64,000 nucleotides of DNA. Origin: a virus (taxonomy: Duplodnaviria; Heunggongvirae; Uroviricota; Caudoviricetes). The DNA is taken from the IMG/VR virus record IMGVR_UViG_3300028534_000514, positions 1 to 64,000 of that record; one strand, 5' to 3'. The position numbers were made by a program, and so were the translations under genes. The notes beneath the pieces were generated by a model, which saw nothing but the letters and a program-made list of their open reading frames with translations, was not told the origin of the DNA and did not search any database. Shown in pieces: positions 55,098 through 63,713 of this stretch (positions are counted from its first letter, which is position 1; the number at the start of each line of letters is the position of its first letter).

Positions 55098-55958
55098 ATG
55101 ATAGTTGCATTATTGGGTAAAGCTGGAGCTGGTAAAACTACGATCGCCGAAGCCCTTGAAAGAATTACACCAGATAGTTTTATTATTGATGGGGATGATC
55201 TAAGAGCCGAGACAAATAACAATGATATTGGTATTGATGGCCGAGAAAAGAATATGCATTTGGGATATAGTAGAGCGCACTGGCTTTCTGATCTCGGATT
55301 TACGGTTTTTGTCGCAATGCAGGCACCAATTAAAGAAATTCGTGAAAAATATCTAGATGAAAATGATATTCAAATAGTAATTAATAATAGCGGACCGAAC
55401 CCAAAAGATGATAAAGGGTATAATAAAAATTTCTCCGCCGATTATAGTGACGTTGATATGGAAATCGAATTTGTAGATTTCAATGCCGAGGAACTATACA
55501 ATAAAATTTTTCCAAAAGTGTTGGTAATTGCACGATTTCAAGGCATTCATAAAGGACATAAAATTGTTATGGAGGTCGCGAAAAGATTATCTCCAAATAT
55601 TACTCTTGCCTTAAGAGTAGATGAAGATGATGAAATTGATCTCGAAAAAAATATACTACTTGCCTCAGAAGTATTTCCATTTGCTGATGTTATCAAATCT
55701 CCTGATCTTGATGATCCTAATGAAGAATGGGAAAATTTTGTATCTCAATATGATATCGTTGTTCAAGGCAACCCCATGGTAATTGAAAAATTTCAAAAAG
55801 CTATTGATGATAATAAGATTAAACTAAAGTTTGTCCCGAGAGTCGGGCATGTTTCAGCAACCAAAATTAGGGAAGCTGTTAAAAATGGGGACGAAGAATT
55901 TGCAAGAAGAAATATAGCAGATCCAAAAGTTCTAGAATTATTAAAGGAAATTAAATGA
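55098..55958 (+). CDS. fusion protein: APS-kinase-like P-loop kinase + HxGH (cytidylyltransferase-like) nucleotidyltransferase
   Basis: N-domain LLGKAGAGKTTIA ... IIDGDDLRAETNNNDIGIDGREKNMHLGYSRAHWLSDLGFTVFVAMQAP matches the APS kinase (CysC) LDGDN.R...dLgF...dR.ENiRR....ISP signature. C-domain ARFQGIHKGH (HxGH) and VSATKIRE (ISSTxIR-like). Confidence 0.55.
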   Translation: MIVALLGKAGAGKTTIAEALERITPDSFIIDGDDLRAETNNNDIGIDGREKNMHLGYSRAHWLSDLGFTVFVAMQAPIKEIREKYLDENDIQIVINNSGPNPKDDKGYNKNFSADYSDVDMEIEFVDFNAEELYNKIFPKVLVIARFQGIHKGHKIVMEVAKRLSPNITLALRVDEDDEIDLEKNILLASEVFPFADVIKSPDLDDPNEEWENFVSQYDIVVQGNPMVIEKFQKAIDDNKIKLKFVPRVGHVSATKIREAVKNGDEEFARRNIADPKVLELLKEIK

Positions 55959-56161
55959 CAAATATAAATGAAGAGACCAGATTTTATACAGCAACTGCTG
56001 AATATTTTAATGAGGTTGAGGATAAATTGGATACCATTACCTGTGGTATCTTTGCAAAAAGTGCGATAGATGCAGAAACTCAAATTAGAGAGGATTTTGG
56101 AAATCATTTTTCAAGAATTAAAACAATTGAGGTTATTGACCACATTACCCCAATCTTTTAG
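55955..56161 (+). CDS. hypothetical protein (68 aa)
   Basis: ORF track. ATGA overlap. Confidence 0.35.
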   Translation: MTNINEETRFYTATAEYFNEVEDKLDTITCGIFAKSAIDAETQIREDFGNHFSRIKTIEVIDHITPIF

Positions 56162-56170
56162 GACTCGGAA

Positions 56171-56416
56171 ATGCAATCATGTGAACCACCTTCTTTATTA
56201 TGGTTGAAAGCTATAATTTATAGAATAGTTAGAATATGTATAGTATTTATTTCCGGTTATTTTATTCTCGGAGATACATCAACTGCGATGGAAATAGCTG
56301 GGGTTGACCTAATTGCGGCCACTTTATTCTATTATTATTTTGATAAGTGGTGGTGTCATCTAGAAAGAAAAATAAGACAATTATATTTAAAATGGAAATA
56401 TAGAAAACTTGGTTAG
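56171..56416 (+). CDS. small membrane protein (81 aa)
   Basis: Two hydrophobic helices. Confidence 0.35.
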   Translation: MQSCEPPSLLWLKAIIYRIVRICIVFISGYFILGDTSTAMEIAGVDLIAATLFYYYFDKWWCHLERKIRQLYLKWKYRKLG

Positions 56417-56424
56417 TAACTAAA

Positions 56425-56444
56425 CGAGAGGGAAATTCCTCTCG
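56425..56444 (+). terminator. hairpin cgagaggg-aaat-tcctctcg followed by TTTTCCTGTGCC
   Basis: Directly after the stop at 56416. The AACAAAGAT motif follows at 56461-56477. Confidence 0.55.
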
Positions 56445-56504
56445 TTTTCCTGTGCCTGGGATTTCAACAAAGATAAGAAAGAATAAAGATAAAAGGAATA
56501 TAAA

Positions 56505-57368
56505 ATGCCTAAAATTCTAATGAAGAGAAATGATATATCAGGCGTGGCTCCAGATGTGTCAGAAATAGAGCTTGGCGAAATAACTATTAATACCTATGAC
56601 GGAAAATTATATACAAAAATAAATAATGGTACGGAAGCGATTATTGAAATTGGTGGTTCTGGTGGTACCCCAACGGGTTTAGAATTAATAGATGAAGGAA
56701 GAGGTCCGGGTTGGCGTTTGATTGGGCGAGACCCAGATAACTACGGAGAGATGGCTCGAGATGCAGTTGATGTTTCATCAAGTTATTCTCATAGCTTGGC
56801 TAATGGCGCCACAGGGCAGGCTTCATTCGCCGCAAATATTAATACGAAAGCAATGGGACTTGGTTCAGCCGCTTTTAATAATGAAAATTATGCTATTGGG
56901 GACTATTCCTTTGCTATAGGGACAAAAACCAAAGCGACAGGTATGGCCTCTTTTGCTGCTGGTTTCGCATCAGAGGCTTCTGGATACTGCGCAATTTCTA
57001 TGGGGTACGGTGCAACAGCAAGCGCGAAAGCTTCGTTTAGTTGTGGTAGAAACACAAATGCTAAAAATGAAAATAGTGTTGCAATGGGCTCTTATAATCT
57101 TGGTAGTTCTGATGATACACTATTTGAATTTGGTATTGGTTATTTTGATAGTTCTACAGGCGCACATAAAAAGAATGCTTTCGAGATATATAATGATGGA
57201 AAATTAACTGCCCCTGAATTAACACCGGATATTGTCGATACTGATCTTAATAATTTAGTTCCGGTTAGTTATCTACTTAGTCCAGAATTTGGTAATAGAT
57301 TGCCAACTATACCTGGAGATCCAGGAACATTATATAAAGATGAAAATGGTTTTGTAAAGGTCTCTTAA
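56505..57368 (+). CDS. tail-fibre-like protein (287 aa), second paralogue family
   Basis: N-terminal domain MPKILMKRNDISGVAPDVSEIELGEITINTYDGKLYTKINNGT, then a G/A/S-rich region with YSFA.G repeats. Confidence 0.55.
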   Translation: MPKILMKRNDISGVAPDVSEIELGEITINTYDGKLYTKINNGTEAIIEIGGSGGTPTGLELIDEGRGPGWRLIGRDPDNYGEMARDAVDVSSSYSHSLANGATGQASFAANINTKAMGLGSAAFNNENYAIGDYSFAIGTKTKATGMASFAAGFASEASGYCAISMGYGATASAKASFSCGRNTNAKNENSVAMGSYNLGSSDDTLFEFGIGYFDSSTGAHKKNAFEIYNDGKLTAPELTPDIVDTDLNNLVPVSYLLSPEFGNRLPTIPGDPGTLYKDENGFVKVS

Positions 57369-57370
57369 GT

Positions 57371-57388
57371 TTTTAACAAAGATTTATA
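57371..57388 (+). promoter_or_regulatory. late-promoter-like motif TTTTAACAAAGATTTATA
   Basis: ~30 nt upstream of the ATG at 57418. Confidence 0.5.
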
Positions 57389-57417
57389 GTAGAAAAAGAT
57401 AAAGATAAAGGATAAAT

Positions 57418-59826
57418 ATGCCTCGCATTATACTTAAAAAGAATTCAAGTGCTGGTAGTGTCCCATTAAATTCTGAATTGGAATTGGGTGAATTAGCAAT
57501 AAATACAAATGATGGTAAATTATTTACTAAAAAATTTGATGGTGTTCGTGAGTCGGTCGTTGAGATCGGTGGCGGAGGAACCCCTACTGGATTGGAGGCT
57601 CTAGATGAAGGTAATGGAATCGGTTGGCGTTTAATCGGTCGAGATCCAAATGTTTATGGCGATATCGGATTCCAAGCAGTCGATTTTAGTTATAAAGATC
57701 CGACAAATGAAGTGTCTACTTTAAGGGGAGCAACCGGTCAAGGATCAACGGCATTTGGTTATGATACTATAGCCAGTAATAATGATTCATTTGCTGTTGG
57801 TTATAAAACTAATGCTAATGGCGATCATTCCTTCGCTGAAGGAAATTTTACATCAGCAGATGGCATTGGTTCACATGCCGAAGGGTTAGGTACAAAAGCC
57901 ACTGGTAATTATAGTCACGCAGAAGGACGCAATACTTATGCTGCAGCTTATTATAGTCACGCCTCTGGTTCGTACACAACTGCGGGTTATATTAACCAAT
58001 TTGTAATTGGTACAAATAACCTTAATAAATCAACTACTTATTTTGAGGTCGGTAACGGTACAGGTGGTTCGGGCGGCGATGATAGCAATGCCTTCGAGGT
58101 TTATAGAACAGGTGAGATTTTTGCACCGGTGTTAACACCTTCTTTAATTGATAATGCTGACAATAAAGTTCTTGTTACTAAAGAATGGGTTCAAGCTAAT
58201 GCTGGGTCCGGTGGGAATCTAATTAATATTGATAATGGTTATGGAATTCCAGAAGCTGTTGATAATACAGGTACCGTTGGAACAAGAGCTATTGATTTTT
58301 CTGTTAACGGTGACGGCGCTACAGGAACAGGAAGTTTAGCCGTCGGAGAATATAATGAAGCTTCAGGAAATTACGCAGTAGCGTTTGGAGGATACGCAAC
58401 AGCAAGTGGAAATTATTCCTTCGCCGTTGGTTATGGTATAAAGGCAAGTGAAAGTTGCTCAATAGCCACTGGGTATAATACAACTGCCTCAGGTAGCTAT
58501 TCAAGTGCTTCTGGGTATTATACAACGGCTAGTGGTGATTATTCAACAGCTTTTGGATATTATGCAACAGCAAGTGGTGATTATTCAACAGCTTTTGGTG
58601 TGAATACGAGCGCATCCGGGACAAACTCATTTGCTATTGGTTATAGAACAGTAGCTAATAAAGAAAGTATGGTTGCTGTTGGTAAATATAATGCAGCCTT
58701 CGAAGATAATCAAATATTTGTAGTTGGTATTGGTACCGCTATGGAAGATTATAGGAATGGACTTGAGGTATTTACTGATGGGCGTGTTCAGGCACCGGAA
58801 CTATCTATTGCTTTAATTGATGATGCTAATACAAGCGATAGAGTTCTCGTTACACGAGAATGGGTTCAAGCTAATGCTGGTGGAGGAAATCCAACTGGAT
58901 TGGAAGCTCTGGATGAAGGTAATGGAATCGGTTGGAGATTAATTGGCCGAGATCCAGATAACTATGGTGACATCGGACTGAACGCTATTGATTTAAGTTA
59001 TTATGATCAATCTAGCACAGATCGTGGAGCAACAGGTACCGGATCATTTACTGTTGGCTACGCTGTTCGTGCACAAGCTGATTATTCAGCAGCTTTTGGT
59101 TATTCGACCACAGCTAAAGGTAATTATACAATTACTCAAGGTTATCATACTACAGCTTACGCTACAGGATCACATTCTGAAGGTAAAGGAACAGCTACTT
59201 ATGCAGATTATTCCCACGCTGAGGGTGTAAATACATATACTTATAATACCGGTGCTCACTCTGAGGGTTATCAGACAAACGCCGCGGCTGAATACAGTCA
59301 CGCTGAAGGTGTCCATACCCAAGCTAGTGGCTATGCTTCGCACGCTGAGGGATTCTATACACAGACAAGTAATGACTACTGTCATGTTATGGGTACCTAT
59401 AACGTAGATACTGATTATACAGTTATGCAAGTTGGTATCGGTGATAGCTCAACACGAAAAAATGCTTTTGAAGTATTTACAGACGGAACATTATATGCAC
59501 CTGAACTATCAACGACTGTTATAAATAATGCTGATCCACGAGTTCTTATCACAAAAGAATACGCTGATGCGAACTACGGTGGTTCTGGCGGAGTTGCTTC
59601 TCTTAACGACATCGGGGATGTCGACGTTGCAGGTGTAACCGATGGTCAAATTATTCAATGGAGTGCTGGTTCAAGCACTTGGTTAGCAACTGATCTTCCG
59701 GGTGGTGGAAACCTTCTATCAGATGGTAGTGTTCCGATGGATACAGGTTATACACCAGTAAATGATCAGGATATTGCTACAAAATATTATGTAGATAATC
59801 ATGATGTTGATGGAGGAACGTTCTAG
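57418..59826 (+). CDS. tail-fibre protein (802 aa) with YadA/Hep_Hag-like 14-residue repeats
   Basis: N-terminus MPRIILKKNSSAGSVPLNSELELGELAINTNDGKLFTKKFDG. Dozens of (S/Y)SHAEG..T.A.G.YSHA repeats. Internal duplication of GTPTGLEALDEGNGIGWRLIGRDP. Confidence 0.6.
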   Translation: MPRIILKKNSSAGSVPLNSELELGELAINTNDGKLFTKKFDGVRESVVEIGGGGTPTGLEALDEGNGIGWRLIGRDPNVYGDIGFQAVDFSYKDPTNEVSTLRGATGQGSTAFGYDTIASNNDSFAVGYKTNANGDHSFAEGNFTSADGIGSHAEGLGTKATGNYSHAEGRNTYAAAYYSHASGSYTTAGYINQFVIGTNNLNKSTTYFEVGNGTGGSGGDDSNAFEVYRTGEIFAPVLTPSLIDNADNKVLVTKEWVQANAGSGGNLINIDNGYGIPEAVDNTGTVGTRAIDFSVNGDGATGTGSLAVGEYNEASGNYAVAFGGYATASGNYSFAVGYGIKASESCSIATGYNTTASGSYSSASGYYTTASGDYSTAFGYYATASGDYSTAFGVNTSASGTNSFAIGYRTVANKESMVAVGKYNAAFEDNQIFVVGIGTAMEDYRNGLEVFTDGRVQAPELSIALIDDANTSDRVLVTREWVQANAGGGNPTGLEALDEGNGIGWRLIGRDPDNYGDIGLNAIDLSYYDQSSTDRGATGTGSFTVGYAVRAQADYSAAFGYSTTAKGNYTITQGYHTTAYATGSHSEGKGTATYADYSHAEGVNTYTYNTGAHSEGYQTNAAAEYSHAEGVHTQASGYASHAEGFYTQTSNDYCHVMGTYNVDTDYTVMQVGIGDSSTRKNAFEVFTDGTLYAPELSTTVINNADPRVLITKEYADANYGGSGGVASLNDIGDVDVAGVTDGQIIQWSAGSSTWLATDLPGGGNLLSDGSVPMDTGYTPVNDQDIATKYYVDNHDVDGGTF

Positions 59827-59828
59827 TT

Positions 59829-60524
59829 ATGTCTGATAAACTATTCGGTCCGTGGATTCGGACTAAACCAAAATATATTTTTGATATTTTTGAGGATAAT
59901 AGTTCCGTTGCGTTATACCCTTTTGATAATAGTTTAGTAGACTATGGAAATGTTCATCATCTTCATGTTCATGCCGGTATAAATCAATTCGGTTCAGGAG
60001 TATTATCCACTTCAGAGATATCGTCAGGAGTAGTTCTAAGAACTGCCCCAAATGATTATTTATTCCAAAATAATCATTATACAGTTTCCTTTTGGATTCG
60101 AGGACATTCGGAGATGAGTACAGATAATTGGCCAGGTATTTTTGCACAAGGACCAGATGGTCCTTATGGCACACAATTAATTATAAATGACAGTTTAGAG
60201 TTAAGAATATCGTATGGACACGCCGTAACCTATTTAACTGGTGCTTTTATCGTCGAAGGAGAGTGGCATCATGTTATTATATCATCGGATGGAGCCAATG
60301 GTGCTGATGTATATTACGATGGTAGCGCCATTAAACATCTTGATGAATTAGAAAGTAATACTGATAGTAATAATAACATTGGGTGTACATCAATAAAAAG
60401 TTATTATAATGCCTATTATGATACAGAATATATGATAGACGCAGATATTGATCATTTTAGAATTTTTAACAGAGGAATATCCTCAGAAGAAGCTCTTGCT
60501 CTTTACCAAGAAAAAAAATTATAA
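59829..60524 (+). CDS. concanavalin A-like lectin / LamG-like domain protein (231 aa)
   Basis: EGEWHHVIISSDGANGADVYYDGSAI is the LamG-type W.HV..T.DG....LYVDG pattern. ATGA-type coupling to the upstream fibre gene. Confidence 0.5.
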   Translation: MSDKLFGPWIRTKPKYIFDIFEDNSSVALYPFDNSLVDYGNVHHLHVHAGINQFGSGVLSTSEISSGVVLRTAPNDYLFQNNHYTVSFWIRGHSEMSTDNWPGIFAQGPDGPYGTQLIINDSLELRISYGHAVTYLTGAFIVEGEWHHVIISSDGANGADVYYDGSAIKHLDELESNTDSNNNIGCTSIKSYYNAYYDTEYMIDADIDHFRIFNRGISSEEALALYQEKKL

Positions 60525-60535
60525 TAATTATTAGA

Positions 60536-60552
60536 ATAACAAAATATTACAA
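60536..60552 (+). promoter_or_regulatory. late-promoter-like variant AATAACAAAATATTACA
   Basis: ~22 nt upstream of the ATG at 60574. Confidence 0.35.
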
Positions 60553-60573
60553 TTAAATATAAAAGGATTTTAA

Positions 60574-62061
60574 ATGGCTATTAGCATTCAATTAAAAAGA
60601 GGACCAAGTACTAATCTTGGAAATATTACTGCGAAAGATGGAGAACTCGTTTGGTTAACGGACGAAAAACGTTTTAGAGTCGGTTCAGACGATGGTACTA
60701 CTCAATCTTGGCAAACCCTTAGTTATGCACAGATTGATTCAAATGGTTTAGTTCCATCAACTCAGCTGCCAATTGACGATACAGCTGGTGTTGGAGATAC
60801 TGGAAAATTACTTTCTGCTGATGAAATTGCAAATAGATTAACTTCTGGTGCTACTTATCTTGGATTATGGAATCCAGACGGTTCAGGTGGACCAGGTACA
60901 CCAGCCCTTAGTGATGGAACTGGGGATAATGGAGACTTCTATATTGTTGAAACTGGTGGCGACGCTGATTTCGGTAGCGGAACAATTACCTTCATCGAAG
61001 GTGATAGAGTTATGTATCAAACAAGTGATAATACTTGGAAAAGAATTGTTTCTGCAAATAGTGTTGACTCAGTAAATGGTCAAACAGGTGTAGTTATTCT
61101 TGGAATGAATGATATTAATGATGTCATCATTGATAGCGGAACATTGGCTGCTGATGACTATATTAAATGGGATCCAACAGCTGATGGTGGTAATGGAGCT
61201 TGGGTAAATGCAGCACCACAATCAGTTGCTATTGATGACTTGAGTGATGTTGATACAACTACTGTTGCCCCAACTGTAGGTCAAACACTTAAATGGGACG
61301 GAACAAACTGGACTCCACAAGATGACAACAACTCAATTGCTAGTCTTGATGATATCGGCGATGTTAATGTTACTGGTGTAACTGATGGACAGATTATTGT
61401 TTGGGACGATGCTTCCGGCGAATGGCAGGCAAGTGATCTTCCAACTGGTGTTGATGGTACCTTTATTGGATTAACAGATACCCCAAGTGCATACAATAGT
61501 GGTGATGCCGGCAAATTTGTAAAAGTTAATGCTGCAGAAGATGGACTTGAGTTTGTAGAAGTAACTACTGATGGTATTGCTGAAGGTTCTACAAATCTAT
61601 ATTATACAGATGCTCGTGTTGATGGTAGAATTGCCGCTGCTAATATTGAAGACCTAGCTAACGTAACTGTTACTAGTGTTTCAGATAATGAAATTCTTCA
61701 GTGGAATTCAAGTACAAGTCAATGGGAAAATGTAGCAATCTCTAACGTAACTGTTCAAAGCATTGATGATCTTGATGATGTTGATACTTCTACAACTGCA
61801 CCTACTGATGGTCAAACACTTAAATGGGATGCAGCCAACAGTCAGTGGGTACCTGCTGATGATATTGATACAGATACAACTTATACTTCTGGCACAGGAA
61901 TCTTTATCGATGAAGAAGGCGGAAATTCAATTAATCTTGATGCTGGAATTGATCTATTGACTGATGTTGATACAACAACTACTGCTCCGAGTACAGACGA
62001 TGTTCTTTCATGGGATGGTACAAACTGGGTACCAACTGCTATTGATGGTGGACAATTCTAG
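60574..62061 (+). CDS. tail-fibre-like protein (495 aa) with D/T/V-rich repeats
   Basis: Repeats D(D/V)DTTT(V/T)AP(T/S)(V/D)GQTLKWDG(T/A)NW and NLYYTDARVD, also present in the 1566-aa fibre. Confidence 0.55.
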   Translation: MAISIQLKRGPSTNLGNITAKDGELVWLTDEKRFRVGSDDGTTQSWQTLSYAQIDSNGLVPSTQLPIDDTAGVGDTGKLLSADEIANRLTSGATYLGLWNPDGSGGPGTPALSDGTGDNGDFYIVETGGDADFGSGTITFIEGDRVMYQTSDNTWKRIVSANSVDSVNGQTGVVILGMNDINDVIIDSGTLAADDYIKWDPTADGGNGAWVNAAPQSVAIDDLSDVDTTTVAPTVGQTLKWDGTNWTPQDDNNSIASLDDIGDVNVTGVTDGQIIVWDDASGEWQASDLPTGVDGTFIGLTDTPSAYNSGDAGKFVKVNAAEDGLEFVEVTTDGIAEGSTNLYYTDARVDGRIAAANIEDLANVTVTSVSDNEILQWNSSTSQWENVAISNVTVQSIDDLDDVDTSTTAPTDGQTLKWDAANSQWVPADDIDTDTTYTSGTGIFIDEEGGNSINLDAGIDLLTDVDTTTTAPSTDDVLSWDGTNWVPTAIDGGQF

Positions 62062-62072
62062 GAATAAGCTTT

Positions 62073-62086
62073 GCGACTTCGGTCGC
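62073..62086 (+). terminator. hairpin gcgac-ttcg-gtcgc followed by GGGCTTTTTCCTGTGCT
   Basis: After the stop at 62061. The AACAAAAGAT motif follows at 62111-62127. Confidence 0.5.
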
Positions 62087-62252
62087 GGGCTTTTTCCTGT
62101 GCTTAAAAATTTTCAACAAAAGATTACGATATATATCGTATCTAAAGTGAATAAGTCCTCTGGACTTATCTAAAAACCTGCGGTTTTTAGATTGTGAAAA
62201 ATTCACTTTTCAAAATAAAATCAAAAGTTATTTGATTTAAAAAATCAAATGA

Positions 62253-62303
62253 TTATTTTAGAGCAATTGCTCAAAAGGAGCAATTGCTCTATTATAGCAA
62301 AGC
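62253..62303. repeat. double copy of the GAGCAATTGCTC palindrome, intergenic
   Basis: attttagagcaattgctcaaaaggagcaattgctctattatagcaaagcc. Confidence 0.7.
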
Positions 62304-62320
62304 CTAAATAGGAGAGACAT

Positions 62321-63424
62321 ATGGCACAAACAATAAAACTAAAAAGGTCAGCGACTGCTGGTAAAGTACCAGCTACAACAGACTTAGAACTGGGTGAAAT
62401 AGCAATTAATACTTATGATGGAAAAGTGTTTATTAAAAAAGATGATGGTTCTGAATCTATAGTAGAGGTAACATCCGCTTCGGGTGGAGGAGAACTTATT
62501 AAAGACGGTGTTGGGTATCGTATTAATGGTTTATCTAATGATACCTTGGGTACAAATGCGGTTAACTTAGCTGTCGGAGGTATAGCGAGCGATTATGCTT
62601 CTTTTACTGAAGGTTATCAAACTGAAGCGCGTGATGATTACGCGCATGCAGAGGGGAATGCAACCCTTGCTTCTGGAAAAGGTTCACACGCTGAAGGATA
62701 TTATACAGAAGCAAGCGGTAATTACTCGCACGCGGAAGGCTATAAAACAAAGGCAACCAATGATTATGGTTCTCACGCTGAAGGTAATTATACAACGGCT
62801 AGTGGAGTATCGTCTCATGCAGAAGGTTATAAAACTGAATCTGGTGGAATTTATTCACATGCTGAAGGTAATGTAACAACAGCTGAGGGATATGGTTCCC
62901 ATTCAGAAGGTGGGTTAACTAAAGCGAGCGGTTATTACTCTCATGCTGAAGGATATTTTACAATTGCTCAAAATGATCATATGCATGTCGAGGGTAAATA
63001 TAACGTAGGAACAGCCACTGATACAATTCATGAAACAGGTATTGGTGCCGATGGTGATAAGAAAAATGCTTTCGAAATCTATATTGATGGTAAAGTAGTT
63101 GCTCCAGAATTAACAACTACTTTAATTGATGATACCAATACTTCCAATAAAGTTCTTGTTACTAAAGAATGGGTTCAAGCTAATACCGGGGGCGGCGGAG
63201 TCTCTAGAACAGTTGAGAAACTTACAGGTGACGGTTCAACAACAAGCTTTACTTTAACTAACACTTATGTTGTGGGTTCAGAAACCCTAGTAGATGTATA
63301 TGTTGATGGTCTTCTTAAAATAGAAGGTAGTTCTGAAGATTATACATTATCTAACGGGGATACACTGGATTTTACAACTGCACCAAGTAATGGTTCGGCT
63401 ATTATTGTAAAAATTTTAAGTTAA
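62321..63424 (+). CDS. tail-fibre-like protein (367 aa) with Hep_Hag-like repeats
   Basis: N-terminus MAQTIKLKRSATAGKVPATTDLELGEIAINTYDGKVFIKKDDG. Repeats YSHAEGY.T.A. Confidence 0.55.
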   Translation: MAQTIKLKRSATAGKVPATTDLELGEIAINTYDGKVFIKKDDGSESIVEVTSASGGGELIKDGVGYRINGLSNDTLGTNAVNLAVGGIASDYASFTEGYQTEARDDYAHAEGNATLASGKGSHAEGYYTEASGNYSHAEGYKTKATNDYGSHAEGNYTTASGVSSHAEGYKTESGGIYSHAEGNVTTAEGYGSHSEGGLTKASGYYSHAEGYFTIAQNDHMHVEGKYNVGTATDTIHETGIGADGDKKNAFEIYIDGKVVAPELTTTLIDDTNTSNKVLVTKEWVQANTGGGGVSRTVEKLTGDGSTTSFTLTNTYVVGSETLVDVYVDGLLKIEGSSEDYTLSNGDTLDFTTAPSNGSAIIVKILS

Positions 63425-63433
63425 ATAAGTAAC

Positions 63434-63465
63434 TAAAGAATAAAGAATAAAGAATAAAGAATAAG
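63434..63465. repeat. tandem heptamer repeat (aagaata/aataaag x4.5) in the promoter/leader region
   Basis: aaagaataaagaataaagaataaagaataagg. Confidence 0.6.
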
Positions 63466-63473
63466 GATAGAGA

Positions 63474-63713
63474 ATGGATACAAAACCAATATATCATTTT
63501 AATGACGCGACCGAAACAGGTATAGATAAAGTGCCAGCTAACGCAAAGGTCTATATTTTAGATAGCGACGGGAGCGGTACTCCAAAAGAAGTAACTAAAG
63601 TCGCAATGGGAACCTTAGATGGAACAAGTACTATTGCTGATTTTCTTAACGATAGTACTCTTTTTAAAGAAGTAACTGCATCTGTTGGTGATATTTCAGG
63701 AGGAACATACTAA
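63474..63713 (+). CDS. short paralogue of the fibre N-terminal domain (79 aa)
   Basis: MDTKPIYHFNDATETGIDKVPANAKVYILDSDGSGTPKEV parallels MRRNPIYVFEDLQSIGIYNVPVGSTVQINDADD. Confidence 0.4.
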   Translation: MDTKPIYHFNDATETGIDKVPANAKVYILDSDGSGTPKEVTKVAMGTLDGTSTIADFLNDSTLFKEVTASVGDISGGTY

